61,165 nt of DNA from Candidatus Hadarchaeota archaeon (lineage in GTDB: Archaea > Hadarchaeota > Hadarchaeia > Hadarchaeales > Hadarchaeaceae): contig CAZNRG010000001.1 of NCBI GenBank assembly GCA_964575725.1, forward strand, positions 1-61,165. The letters are read 5' to 3'. The first letter of the stretch is position 1; every line of letters begins with the position of its first letter. Shown in pieces: positions 1-9,162 of this stretch. Below the pieces are notes generated by a model. That model worked only from the letters and a program-made list of their open reading frames with translations, was not told the origin of the DNA and did not search any database. The position numbers and the translations under genes are program-made.

Positions 1-2499
1 CCCCTGCTCTTCGCTCTTTCGCTCATCCCAATTTTCCTGATCGGCAGGGAGCTGGGGGGGGACCTCGGGGGTTACGCTGCGGCGTTCTTCGGTGCCACCT
101 TTGCCTCACAGACCTCTTGGATGAGCTCACCAATTTACTGGATGAAAGTTGGGGCATATGATGCGGAGCCCATCCAGTTGATCTTGGGAGCATGGACGAT
201 GTACCTCATCATAAAGCTGTTCAAGGCCCCCCGGAGCGAGATTCCGAAGTTTGCGCTCTTGGCCGGGCTCGTGTATGGGCTTTTTGGGCTCTCTTGGGCG
301 GGGGCACTTTACATCGCCCCCATCATGATCGGCGGGTTACTGTTCGTTCTGTTTGCTGGATTTTTTGGCAGGTTAATCCGTAAAACCACTGATTTATTCG
401 GCGCCTTTTTTTCCGCCATTCGTGGACATCTGAGCTTGATTCTCAGCGTGCTGGGCGTGCTGGTGGTGGCGACGCTCGCGCTTTGGGCAGTTGGTGGGCA
501 GAGCCCCATGTTATGGGTTGGCTTTGCACAATCTCTCTTAGGGTACGTTGGGATCGGAGGTGGAGGGATTTCATATGGGAGATACGCAGGAGAGATGCGA
601 CCGCCAGAATCATGGGGCGAAGTCGCTGATAGTTTTTATGGTGCTGGCATTTTGACCACATTTGTTCTAATTTTAGTAATTTTAGCATTGATCAAGTTCT
701 GTTGGTCGAGAAAGCGCTGGGAGCTACTGGTTTTTCCATGGTTCATCGTTATCGCACTAATGGTCTGGCCGGGGAAGGGGCAAGTGCGATTTGAGCGGAT
801 GTGGTGGCCGTTTGTGCCTGCCTTGGCTGGAGTGGGCGTAGCTGTGCTCGCATCTCTCATCCGGCGGCTCTCGTTCGAGCAGTTCGGGGATTGGTTAAAA
901 CAGCTTCAGAGGCCAATCGTGGTTGCGTTTTGCGTCGGTATCGTTACGACGCCGTTCATCCTAAATAGTTACGCTACCGCCGCGATTACCACCCCGCCGA
1001 CCGGTGAATGGCGTGATGAAGGGTTCATGGACGTATTTGCTTGGATCCGAGAGAACACGCCAGAGGATTCGGTCATTTCCATTCAATGGTCTTATGGACA
1101 TCTCCTTACGGGTGCGACAGGGCGAGCGACCGTGACGGATGGGGCTGGGCCAACCATGGGGAAACTTGTGGAGCGGGAGAACAAGATGGTTTATGTTGAT
1201 GAAGCGGACAATCCTCTTACTGTCATCCCCCCCGACGAGGTCTATTGGATGGAAGGTAACTTGGCAAAATATGTTGGAGCTTCTGATCCGCAGAATCGCA
1301 GATCCTATAGGCCATATCACATCGAAGGCAGGCGACCTGATGTTTGGCGGCTTTCAGTAGCGGGCGAAAACGAATTTAGATGGATCATCAGCACCTATCG
1401 AGATAACTACAACTGCAAAATCGACTACGTCATATTTGATTACGTGGAGTACTATAATGCAACCCAAAGTTATCAAAACAGCACAATGGCCGCGCTGTGG
1501 TACGAGGATGCTCTAAAACAAATGGAAAACGTGCACACCCAAAATAGCAACCTCGTGTTCAACTTTGGCGAAAACAGGGAAAATGTAGTGCTTGACCAAC
1601 AGACTTTCAGCGTTTATCTTACAACTGATGGAGATCGGCTGTATTTTGATGGTTATGCCCAATTCACCGTTGATGATGCTGGAAAATTTTTAGACTATCA
1701 AGGATTCAGACCATACCCAAGTCCCGATATCCCAGAAACCTTGGTGATATTTACCACAGAGGGCGGAAATATAGTGGGTGCTAAATTGATTCCGTCCGCT
1801 AGTGACCTCATCAATGCAATCGAAATCCCGATGAGCGTGCGCGTATTCACAGGGAACCTAGGGGGCATCGATTACTTGCAAATCGCCTACACAAGTTCAA
1901 ATAACCTAGTGAAAGTTGTTGAAGTTAATCTCGTACTTTCGCTAATATCCCCAGCTGAGGGCACTAAAACAAACGATGTCACGCCGACATTCCAGTGGTC
2001 AGGTGCGGTTGGTGCGGCGGGGTACGAACTATGGGTCGACAACGATGTGGGCTTCGCCTCACCCGAGATCCTCGAGAACGTTTTAGACACCACTTACACC
2101 TCTGCTGCGGTTTTAGCTGAAGGAACTTATTCATGGCAGGTGCGGGCATTTAAAGCGGACAACACCGAGCTTGGGTGGTCTCCCGCGCAGACTTTCGTTA
2201 TCGATACCACTCCCCCTGCTGTGGCTGCACTTCATGCACCTGAAAATGGGATAACGACAAGTGACAACACACCAACCTTCGAGTGGACGCTTGGCACGGG
2301 CGCGGCAAAACACCGCTTGCTCGTCGATAACGACGGGGGCTTTCCAACACCCGAAGTGGATGTCACTTTAGATGCACCAGAGAACTTCCATACATCAAGC
2401 GAGCTTGCGGCGGGGAGCTACTGGTGGAAGGTGATAGCTATCGATGATGCAAACAATGAGAACGAGTCCCTCGCCTGGGAGTTTACCGTGCAGACTTAA
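1..2499 (+). CDS. aglB: Oligosaccharyltransferase, AglB/STT3 family (N-terminus cut by window edge), with C-terminal tandem Ig/Fn3-like repeats
   Basis: Frame 1 is open from base 1 (PLLFALSLIPIFLIGRELGG...) into the 121..2499 ORF. The N-terminal half is multi-pass transmembrane. IQWSYGHLL (1081-1107) looks like a variant of the STT3/AglB WWDYG motif and is followed by a large soluble domain. Confidence 0.65.
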   Translation, partial: PLLFALSLIPIFLIGRELGGDLGGYAAAFFGATFASQTSWMSSPIYWMKVGAYDAEPIQLILGAWTMYLIIKLFKAPRSEIPKFALLAGLVYGLFGLSWAGALYIAPIMIGGLLFVLFAGFFGRLIRKTTDLFGAFFSAIRGHLSLILSVLGVLVVATLALWAVGGQSPMLWVGFAQSLLGYVGIGGGGISYGRYAGEMRPPESWGEVADSFYGAGILTTFVLILVILALIKFCWSRKRWELLVFPWFIVIALMVWPGKGQVRFERMWWPFVPALAGVGVAVLASLIRRLSFEQFGDWLKQLQRPIVVAFCVGIVTTPFILNSYATAAITTPPTGEWRDEGFMDVFAWIRENTPEDSVISIQWSYGHLLTGATGRATVTDGAGPTMGKLVERENKMVYVDEADNPLTVIPPDEVYWMEGNLAKYVGASDPQNRRSYRPYHIEGRRPDVWRLSVAGENEFRWIISTYRDNYNCKIDYVIFDYVEYYNATQSYQNSTMAALWYEDALKQMENVHTQNSNLVFNFGENRENVVLDQQTFSVYLTTDGDRLYFDGYAQFTVDDAGKFLDYQGFRPYPSPDIPETLVIFTTEGGNIVGAKLIPSASDLINAIEIPMSVRVFTGNLGGIDYLQIAYTSSNNLVKVVEVNLVLSLISPAEGTKTNDVTPTFQWSGAVGAAGYELWVDNDVGFASPEILENVLDTTYTSAAVLAEGTYSWQVRAFKADNTELGWSPAQTFVIDTTPPAVAALHAPENGITTSDNTPTFEWTLGTGAAKHRLLVDNDGGFPTPEVDVTLDAPENFHTSSELAAGSYWWKVIAIDDANNENESLAWEFTVQT
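1942..2496 (+). repeat. Two tandem ~90-aa protein-domain repeats at the AglB C-terminus
   Basis: PAEGTKTNDVTPTFQWSGAVGAAGYELWVDNDVGFASPE...GTYSWQVRAF aligns position by position with PENGITTSDNTPTFEWTLGTGAAKHRLLVDNDGGFPTPE...GSYWWKVIAI. Confidence 0.85.
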
Positions 2500-2515
2500 T
2501 CCAAGGTGATTCGCG

Positions 2516-3784
2516 ATGCAAAGACCGAAGGGTACCAGAGACTTGTTAGACAAGGAATTGGCGAGTATCCGCCACGTCGAGCGCGCGATGAGGGGCGTTT
2601 TCACGCGCTATGGTTACGAGGAGGTTGAAACTCCCGCTTTCGAGCAGCTCGAGCTCTTCACCAAAAAAAGCGGCGAATCGGTGGTGAAGCAGCTCTACGC
2701 GTTCAAAGATAAATCCGGTCGTGAGCTCGCCCTCCGCCCGGAGTTGACCGCCCCCGTCGTCCGCCTCTACATAAGCCAGCTCATATCCGCTCCAAAACCC
2801 GTGAAGCTGTGTTACTTCGGCAACTGCTTTCGGTACGAGGAGCCCCAGGCGCAGAGGTGGAGACAGTTCTTGCAGTCTGGTGCTGAAATCATAGGGTCCG
2901 CCCGGGCCGAGGCAGACGCGGAAGTGATAGCCCTCTCCGATGAGGTCATGCGAGAGCTAGGTTTGTCGAACTACGAACTCCGCATAGGCCACACCCGCTT
3001 GCTGCGGGGGGTGCTTGCCCACGCCGGGGTAAAAGGGAACGCCCAAGATCCAATCATGCGGGCAATCGACAGCCGTGAGGAGACAAGGCTTCGGGCAGAG
3101 CTTGATCGTGTACACGTCAAAGCAGGAGACGCGAAAGTGCTTCGCTCATTGATTGCGTTACGCGGCGACACCAAGGTGTTGAAACAGGCGGAGAAACTCG
3201 TTACTGATCTACCGAAGGCCAAATTGGCGCTGAAGAACCTGCATGAAATCCTCGGGCACGTTCGTTCGTTGGGTGTTGGAAAATTTACAATCGACTTCGG
3301 GATCGCCCGCGGGCTGGAGTACTACACTGACCTCGTTTTCGAGCTCTATGTCGATGGAGTCCAAGTTGCCGGGGGCGGCCGCTATAGCGAACTCATCGAG
3401 CTCTTGGGGAGCGACTCTTGCCCTGCCGTCGGTGTCGGGTTCGGCATCGACCGCATTGCTCGAGCACTTTTGAAGCGGGGGATGATAGTTCCACGCGAGC
3501 GATTGGATTGCGTGGTCCTCCCCGCGAGCGAAGCGATGCTTAGCGAATGCCTAAAAATTGCGGGGGAGCTGCGCAGAGCGGGCCTACTCGTCGATGTCGA
3601 CCTGATGGGGCGCAAGCTGAGCAAGGCGATCGCGTACGCGGATGCCCGGGGAGCCAAGGGTGTAATCATAGTCGGGGCGAAGGACCTCAAGGAAGGAAAG
3701 GTGACGCTCCGTAATATGAGCACGGGTAAACAAGAGCTAGTCGCGCGCGGGGTGCTCGTCAGCAGGTTAAAATCCGTATCCTAA
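2516..3784 (+). CDS. hisS: Histidyl-tRNA synthetase
   Basis: N-terminus reads MQRPKGTRDLL...YGYEEVETPAFEQLELF. Class II motifs are present (ELALRPELTAP, FRYEEPQ, GGGRYS), and a C-terminal anticodon-binding domain is present. Confidence 0.9.
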   Translation: MQRPKGTRDLLDKELASIRHVERAMRGVFTRYGYEEVETPAFEQLELFTKKSGESVVKQLYAFKDKSGRELALRPELTAPVVRLYISQLISAPKPVKLCYFGNCFRYEEPQAQRWRQFLQSGAEIIGSARAEADAEVIALSDEVMRELGLSNYELRIGHTRLLRGVLAHAGVKGNAQDPIMRAIDSREETRLRAELDRVHVKAGDAKVLRSLIALRGDTKVLKQAEKLVTDLPKAKLALKNLHEILGHVRSLGVGKFTIDFGIARGLEYYTDLVFELYVDGVQVAGGGRYSELIELLGSDSCPAVGVGFGIDRIARALLKRGMIVPRERLDCVVLPASEAMLSECLKIAGELRRAGLLVDVDLMGRKLSKAIAYADARGAKGVIIVGAKDLKEGKVTLRNMSTGKQELVARGVLVSRLKSVS

Positions 3785-4600
3785 CTTTTCGAAAACCCGC
3801 TTCATCTTGAGCGAGTCTTGTTCCAATATCGGTGATTCGGAAATCAAAGTTATGTCGACCTTTCGCTTGAGCACCTCACGAGCGAGCGGCTCGAATGGGG
3901 GCTTATTCACCTTGAACTCGAGGTGGCGTCGCTCATTCCCCTCCCACGGCGCCTTGGCGGGTGTCCACTCCATTCCGGTGAAGTGGGAATGCAGGTGCTT
4001 CAGCTTCAGGGGTTTTAGCCTATCGAATATCCATGCGTAGTCTATTCTTCCCGCTTGGCGTGCGTAGATGTGGGCAAAGTCCACCGCTGGCGCACACCCA
4101 TTGAGTCTCTTACAGATTTTGATTATCTCATCGAGCGTGCTGAACTGGCTGACTTTGCCAGTGGTCTCCAACCCCAGCTGGACCCCTTTTATACCCTTTG
4201 CTTTCATTCGGTCGAGCATGTCCCGGCAGGCACCCTCCACAGCCTTAAACGCTGTATCATGTGCTAAGGAGCCGTAGAAGCCTGGGTGGAACACTGCAAC
4301 ATCAGCCCCCATGTGAAAAGCCCGCTCGGCGGAATCTAGAATACGCCGTTTCGATGCCTCAAGCTTTTCCGGTTCTTGCGAGCAGAGGTTGATAAAGTAG
4401 GGGCAATGGACGGATAAAATTACACCCAGCTCCTTTGCAACTCTCCCAGCTTCCTCTGCTATCTCATTACTCATCCCAACACGCCTAACAAACTCGACCT
4501 CAAGCGCGTTGAGCTTGAGTTCAGCCACGCATCTGATACCTCCAATCGTCGACCGCTCCTTGCTCGCGAGTGGGATGCCAGCGGGACCGAGGTATATCAT
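3767..4600 (-). CDS. nfo: Endonuclease IV / AP endonuclease family 2 (xylose-isomerase-like TIM barrel)
   Basis: The motifs SVHCPYFINLCS...ASKRRILDSAERAFHMGADVAVFHPG and LGLETTG match the Endo IV pattern (H-x-P-Y-x-I-N-L ... HPG). Confidence 0.65.
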   Translation of the reverse strand: MIYLGPAGIPLASKERSTIGGIRCVAELKLNALEVEFVRRVGMSNEIAEEAGRVAKELGVILSVHCPYFINLCSQEPEKLEASKRRILDSAERAFHMGADVAVFHPGFYGSLAHDTAFKAVEGACRDMLDRMKAKGIKGVQLGLETTGKVSQFSTLDEIIKICKRLNGCAPAVDFAHIYARQAGRIDYAWIFDRLKPLKLKHLHSHFTGMEWTPAKAPWEGNERRHLEFKVNKPPFEPLAREVLKRKVDITLISESPILEQDSLKMKRVFEKLGYGF

Positions 4601-4656
4601 GTGTTACCAAAACACTTATGGCAGTAGGGAAAAATCTTTTGCGCTGAGGTGGAACC

Positions 4657-5235
4657 GTGCTTAGCAGAGTTCGAGAACGAGTACAGGAGCTAATGGAACC
4701 AGTGGGCAATGCCTTCGCGCGAACAGGCCTTTCCCCGAACGCTTTTACCTTGATCGGGCTGGCTGTCGGCGTCGTTGCAGCAATACTTTTCGCTTATGGA
4801 ATGCCGCTCTGGGCAGGGTTCGTCCTCCTCCTCTGCGGGTTCTTCGACCTCATCGATGGGGCCGTCGCCAGGGCGACTGGCAGGGTGTCCGCATTTGGGG
4901 GGGTGCTCGATTCGGTTGTGGATCGGTATGTGGATTTTTTGATCTTCGCTGGCATCATCTACGCTGGGCTGGCTGAAGCTGGATTTCTTCCAGGTTGGGC
5001 CTGGGGAATTTTGGCGATCACCGGAAGCTTGATGGTGAGTTATACCCGCTCGCGGGCCGAAGCCGCAGGCTCTGGCAAGCTCGATGTAGGGATAGCCGAG
5101 CGGGCCGAGCGGATCCTCATCTTGGCCATTGGGGCGTTGGTGGGCTATACACAATACGCAGTAGTTTTGATCGTGATTCTGACCCATCTTACCGTGGCTC
5201 AGAGGTTGTTCGTAGCGAAGCTCCGCCTGCCCTAA
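4657..5235 (+). CDS. CDP-alcohol phosphatidyltransferase (archaetidylinositol-phosphate synthase-like)
   Basis: GTG start preceded by GAGGTGG. Carries the family signature FDLIDGAVARATGRVSAFGGVLDSVVDRYVD (D-G-x2-A-R-x8-G-x3-D-x3-D). About 6 TM helices. Lies next to the inositol-1-P synthase gene. Confidence 0.75.
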   Translation: MLSRVRERVQELMEPVGNAFARTGLSPNAFTLIGLAVGVVAAILFAYGMPLWAGFVLLLCGFFDLIDGAVARATGRVSAFGGVLDSVVDRYVDFLIFAGIIYAGLAEAGFLPGWAWGILAITGSLMVSYTRSRAEAAGSGKLDVGIAERAERILILAIGALVGYTQYAVVLIVILTHLTVAQRLFVAKLRLP

Positions 5236-5550
5236 CTATTTCCCAAAAAGTTTCGATGAAATTTCTTTCAGGTATTTTGCTCCTTCGTTCAGCAGGCGCT
5301 CACCCTTCTTCGTTATTTTGTAATACTTGCGCGCGGGCTTACCTCGTTGTTCTCGCCACTCCACCGTGACGTGGCCCCCACGCTGGAGGCGGTAAAGCAC
5401 GATGTAAGATGTGACCGTGGCGGGTTTCCACTCAAATCGCTTGATGACCTCCTGCCGTAACTCGTACCCATACATCGGGCGCTCTTTAAGGAGCTTTAAA
5501 AAGTAGGGCCAAAGCAACTCTGCAGTCATCTTTTTCTTCAGCCTTCGCAT
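5236..5550 (-). CDS. PadR-family winged-helix transcriptional regulator
   Basis: [15 protein letters not shown]...[17 protein letters not shown]...[14 protein letters not shown] is a typical PadR sequence. Start chosen at the ATG at 5550, which has a GGAGGT 11 nt upstream. The ORF is open to 5586. Confidence 0.75.
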   Translation of the reverse strand: MRRLKKKMTAELLWPYFLKLLKERPMYGYELRQEVIKRFEWKPATVTSYIVLYRLQRGGHVTVEWREQRGKPARKYYKITKKGERLLNEGAKYLKEISSKLFGK

Positions 5551-5651
5551 CGCCAAAGGAAACCTCCATTTATAAATTGACCGCAAGCTTTAAATATCTA
5601 ATTTTTGGATATATTTCACAATTGGAGATAGTCCACAAATGGAGATATATC

Positions 5652-6722
5652 ATGAAAGTAAAAGTCGCGATTGCGGGGGTGGGCAATTGTGCATCATCGC
5701 TCGTGCAGGGTGTTGAATACTACAAAAAGGCACGCGAGGATCAATTCGTGCCCGGCTTGATGCACGTGAACTTTGGCGGCTACAATATCCGGGATATCGA
5801 GTTCGTTGCGGCCTTTGACGTTGACGCGAACAAAGTCGGCAGAGACCTCGCAGAGGCAGTTTTCACCCCTCCGAATTGCACGATCAAGTTTAGTGATGTC
5901 CCCAAACTGGGTGTTGAGGTGGTGAAGGCCCCGGCGCTGGACGGGCTCGGCAGATACCTCAAGCCGGTGATTCCGGTCGACCCCACACAGAAGCCAGTGA
6001 ACGTCGCCCAAGTGCTCAAGGGCACGGGCGCCGAGATCCTGATAAGCTACCTGCCAGTCGGGAGCTACGAGGCCTCGCGCTACTACGCGCAGCAGGCAAT
6101 CGAGGCTGGATGCGGTTTCATCAACTGTATTCCAGAGTTCATCGTTTCGGGTAGGGAGTGGGGGAAGCGCTTTGAAGATGCCGGGCTGCCCTGCGCTGGT
6201 GACGACATCAAATCCCAAGTGGGGGCGACGATCCTTCATCGCACGCTCGCGAAGCTGCTCATCGACCGGGGGGTCAAGCTCGAGGAGAGCTACCAGCTCA
6301 ACATCGGGGGAAACACCGATTTTCTCAACATGATTGAGGAGGAGCGACTGAGCTCGAAGCGCGTAAGCAAGACGGAAGCCGTTTCGAGCCAGGTGCCTTA
6401 CGAGGTCCCCCTTCGAATCGGCCCAAGCGACTACGTTTCTTTCCTGAAGGACAACAAGGTGTGCTACATCCACATGCGTGGGCGAAAGTTCGGGGACGTG
6501 CCCCTCACCTTGGACGTGAAGCTCTCGGTTGAAGACTCCCCGAATAGCGCGGGAGTGGTGATTGACGCCATCAGGGCCGTGAAACTTGCCCTAGATCGGA
6601 ACGTCGCTGGGCCGTTAATTGGCGTTTCGGCATACTTTTTCAAACATCCACCCACTCAGATGCCTGACACCGACGCTAAGCAAGCCGTGGAAGACTTCAT
6701 AGCCGGCAGGAGGGAGCGATAG
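5652..6722 (+). CDS. ino1: myo-inositol-1-phosphate synthase
   Basis: [25 protein letters not shown]..., then [15 protein letters not shown] and NIGGNTDF, as in archaeal MIPS. Start moved to the ATG at 5652, which has GGAGAT upstream. Confidence 0.85.
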   Translation: MKVKVAIAGVGNCASSLVQGVEYYKKAREDQFVPGLMHVNFGGYNIRDIEFVAAFDVDANKVGRDLAEAVFTPPNCTIKFSDVPKLGVEVVKAPALDGLGRYLKPVIPVDPTQKPVNVAQVLKGTGAEILISYLPVGSYEASRYYAQQAIEAGCGFINCIPEFIVSGREWGKRFEDAGLPCAGDDIKSQVGATILHRTLAKLLIDRGVKLEESYQLNIGGNTDFLNMIEEERLSSKRVSKTEAVSSQVPYEVPLRIGPSDYVSFLKDNKVCYIHMRGRKFGDVPLTLDVKLSVEDSPNSAGVVIDAIRAVKLALDRNVAGPLIGVSAYFFKHPPTQMPDTDAKQAVEDFIAGRRER

Positions 6723-6723
6723 C

Positions 6724-7605
6724 ATGCAGTTCGACACCATCGTTGTTGGGCACGTTGCGATTGACGTAAACGTGCTACCTTGGGGCGTCATCGAAAATGC
6801 CCTCGGTGGAGCGCCGACCTATGCAGGGCTCACTTTCGCGGCTCTGAAGAAAAATGTTGGGGTTGTTTCGAAGGTGGGTGCAGATTTTCTCGAGAAATTT
6901 CCCCCCATTTACAGCAAACTTGGCCTAGATACCGAGGGAATCTTGGTGGCGGGTGAGCACACCACGACTTTTGAGAATACCTATGACGAGGCGGGCAACC
7001 GCAAGCAAGTTTGCAAGAACGTGGCACCGAAAATTTCACCCGGCGATATCCCGGCCGCTTACAGCGATGCACAAAGTTTTTACATTTCCCCTATCGCAAA
7101 CGAGGTAACGCCTGACGTGCTCAAGGCAATCAAGCGAAAATCAAATTTCATCATGCTCGACCCCCAGGGGCTTCTGAGGGAGATAAGCGAGGATGGAAAG
7201 GTCGAGATCAAACCCCGCGAGCTCGGTGAGTTCCTGAGGTACGTCGATATAGTAAAAATAGGGAAGGAGGAGTCAAAGGTACTCAGGGGCGGTGCAAAGG
7301 AGGTCCTCGAGAGCCTTCGGGCGATGGGGCCAAAAATTGCGATCTTAACCAAGGGAGGAGAGACTTCCCTAGTGCTCAGCGATGATGGGCTGGTCAAAAT
7401 TGAGCCCCTAAAGGTTGATGCCAAGGATTTGACGGGCGCCGGCGATGTATTCGGTGCTGCATTCTTGGCGAGGTACATCAATACCCACAACGTCTCGGAG
7501 TCGGCGAAATTTGCATCTGCTGCAGCCGGGTTGAAGATAAGGTACAAGGGCCCCACTGGCTTCCCTTCTGAGAAAGAGATACTAGGGGCTTTAGCAAGTC
7601 TTTAG
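6724..7605 (+). CDS. PfkB/ribokinase-family carbohydrate kinase (possible myo-inositol kinase)
   Basis: IVVGHVAIDV...GGAPTYAG at the N-terminus and DLTGAGDVFGAAFLA near the C-terminus (the PfkB anion-hole GAGD motif). Starts 1 nt after the MIPS stop. Confidence 0.7.
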   Translation: MQFDTIVVGHVAIDVNVLPWGVIENALGGAPTYAGLTFAALKKNVGVVSKVGADFLEKFPPIYSKLGLDTEGILVAGEHTTTFENTYDEAGNRKQVCKNVAPKISPGDIPAAYSDAQSFYISPIANEVTPDVLKAIKRKSNFIMLDPQGLLREISEDGKVEIKPRELGEFLRYVDIVKIGKEESKVLRGGAKEVLESLRAMGPKIAILTKGGETSLVLSDDGLVKIEPLKVDAKDLTGAGDVFGAAFLARYINTHNVSESAKFASAAAGLKIRYKGPTGFPSEKEILGALASL

Positions 7606-9029
7606 TAGGTCCGGGCTATCAGCACACTAGCTTTCGCCCGTTTCGAGCAAATCGGACAAGTGCCAGCCGGGGCCTTGCCATCGAATTCTTCCCCAAGCAG
7701 ATCCCCACCCGTTTGTTCCTCGAGTGCTTTCCCGCATGTTTCTCCACCGCACCAAGGCACGCGGGCTATCCCGCCACGCTTTTCAATCACCCGTTTTGCC
7801 GTTTCCGTGTCGGAGGCATCCTTCACAGATTCACGGAATAGTTTCCACGCTCGCTCGCGCAGATCACCGGTGATTCTCTCGAGCAGCCCTCTGACCTTGG
7901 TCTTGAGCGCCCCTCTGGCGATCGCTTGCTTTTCACCGGTGTCGCGCCTGACCACAGTCACCTGCCCTTTTTTCACATCTTCGGGCCCTATCTCGAGCCT
8001 CAGCGGAACCCCCCGGCGTTCCCAGTAGTAAAATTTGTTACCGGGGCGGAGGTCGCGCATGTCGAGGTGGACCCTCACTCCGGCTGCTGCGAGTTCATTT
8101 TTGATCGCGGTTGCAATCTGCTCAACCGGGGCTTCTTTGGCTTTGTAGGGGATTGGCACAATCACGACTTGAATTGGTGCGATGTGGGGGGGCAAACACA
8201 GCCCCACGTCATCGCCGTGTGCCATGATCACCGCAGCTATCACCCGCTCGGAGATTCCATAACAGGTCTGGTAAACGTAATGGTGTTTACCACCAGGGGC
8301 CTCGTACTTGAGCTTATATACCTTCGCGAAGTTCTGCCCGAGGTTGTGGACCGTGCCCACCTGCAGCGTCCGCCCATCTGGGGCCAGCGTGTCGAATGCG
8401 AGCGAGTACTCGGCCCCCGCGAAGGTGTCCCACGGGGGGCGCTTAGTCACGACGTAAGGCACTCCCAGTTCGTCGAAAAAGCGCTTGTAAATTTGCACCG
8501 CTTCCCGCACCTGTGCCTCCGCCTCCTCGGGCTTGACGTGGGCGGTGTGGGCCTCCTTGAAAGTTGTGACTTCCCGCAGGCGAATCATTGGTTTGGTCAT
8601 CTTCGTTTCGTAGCGGAAGATGTTAACGATCTGGTAGAGTTTTATCGGGAGGTCTGCATGGGAACGGATCCAGAGCGCGAACATGGGGTAGATAGAGGTT
8701 TCGCTGGTTGGGCGAAGCGCGAGCTTGACATCGAGCTTGTCCCGCCCGCCGTGCGTCACCCAGTAGACCTGCCCCTCGAAGCCCCGGATGTGCTCGGCCT
8801 CCTTCTTGAAGATGTTTTCGGGGATGAGCTGAGGAAAGAGCACTTCCTGGTGGCCGCTCTGCTCGAGCAGCCCACGCATGATCGCGAACACGTGGTTGCG
8901 GAGCTTCAGCCCGTGGGGGAGCCAGACGAAGAGCCCCTTGACCGGGTAGCGGGTCTCCATGATGTCGGCACTGCGCAGAATGCCGCTGAACCACTCGCTA
9001 AAGTTCTTTTGCCAGCGCTCGCGCTTCAT
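7602..9029 (-). CDS. proS: Prolyl-tRNA synthetase (archaeal/eukaryotic type)
   Basis: FSEWFSGILRSADIMETRYPVKGLFVWLPHG, class II motifs (FRYE...RLREV, GTVHNLG) and a C-terminal Zn-binding tail ending in Y. The ATG at 9029 is preceded by GGGTGA. The ORF is open to a GTG at 9050. Confidence 0.9.
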   Translation of the reverse strand: MKRERWQKNFSEWFSGILRSADIMETRYPVKGLFVWLPHGLKLRNHVFAIMRGLLEQSGHQEVLFPQLIPENIFKKEAEHIRGFEGQVYWVTHGGRDKLDVKLALRPTSETSIYPMFALWIRSHADLPIKLYQIVNIFRYETKMTKPMIRLREVTTFKEAHTAHVKPEEAEAQVREAVQIYKRFFDELGVPYVVTKRPPWDTFAGAEYSLAFDTLAPDGRTLQVGTVHNLGQNFAKVYKLKYEAPGGKHHYVYQTCYGISERVIAAVIMAHGDDVGLCLPPHIAPIQVVIVPIPYKAKEAPVEQIATAIKNELAAAGVRVHLDMRDLRPGNKFYYWERRGVPLRLEIGPEDVKKGQVTVVRRDTGEKQAIARGALKTKVRGLLERITGDLRERAWKLFRESVKDASDTETAKRVIEKRGGIARVPWCGGETCGKALEEQTGGDLLGEEFDGKAPAGTCPICSKRAKASVLIARTY

Positions 9030-9162
9030 TCGCTCACCCGTATGAATCACTTCGGTACGGACTTAAGCGTTTGCGTAATTTTATATTAATCGGTGGGAAG
9101 TCCCTCCGGGATACAACACTTATCGGATGTATCGCCACAACAGGCACGGCACTTTTTGAAGC

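Noticed and set aside
7926-9089. A 387-aa plus-strand ORF.
   Set aside because: It lies entirely antisense to the well-supported proS gene. It is a typical high-GC shadow ORF with no motifs.
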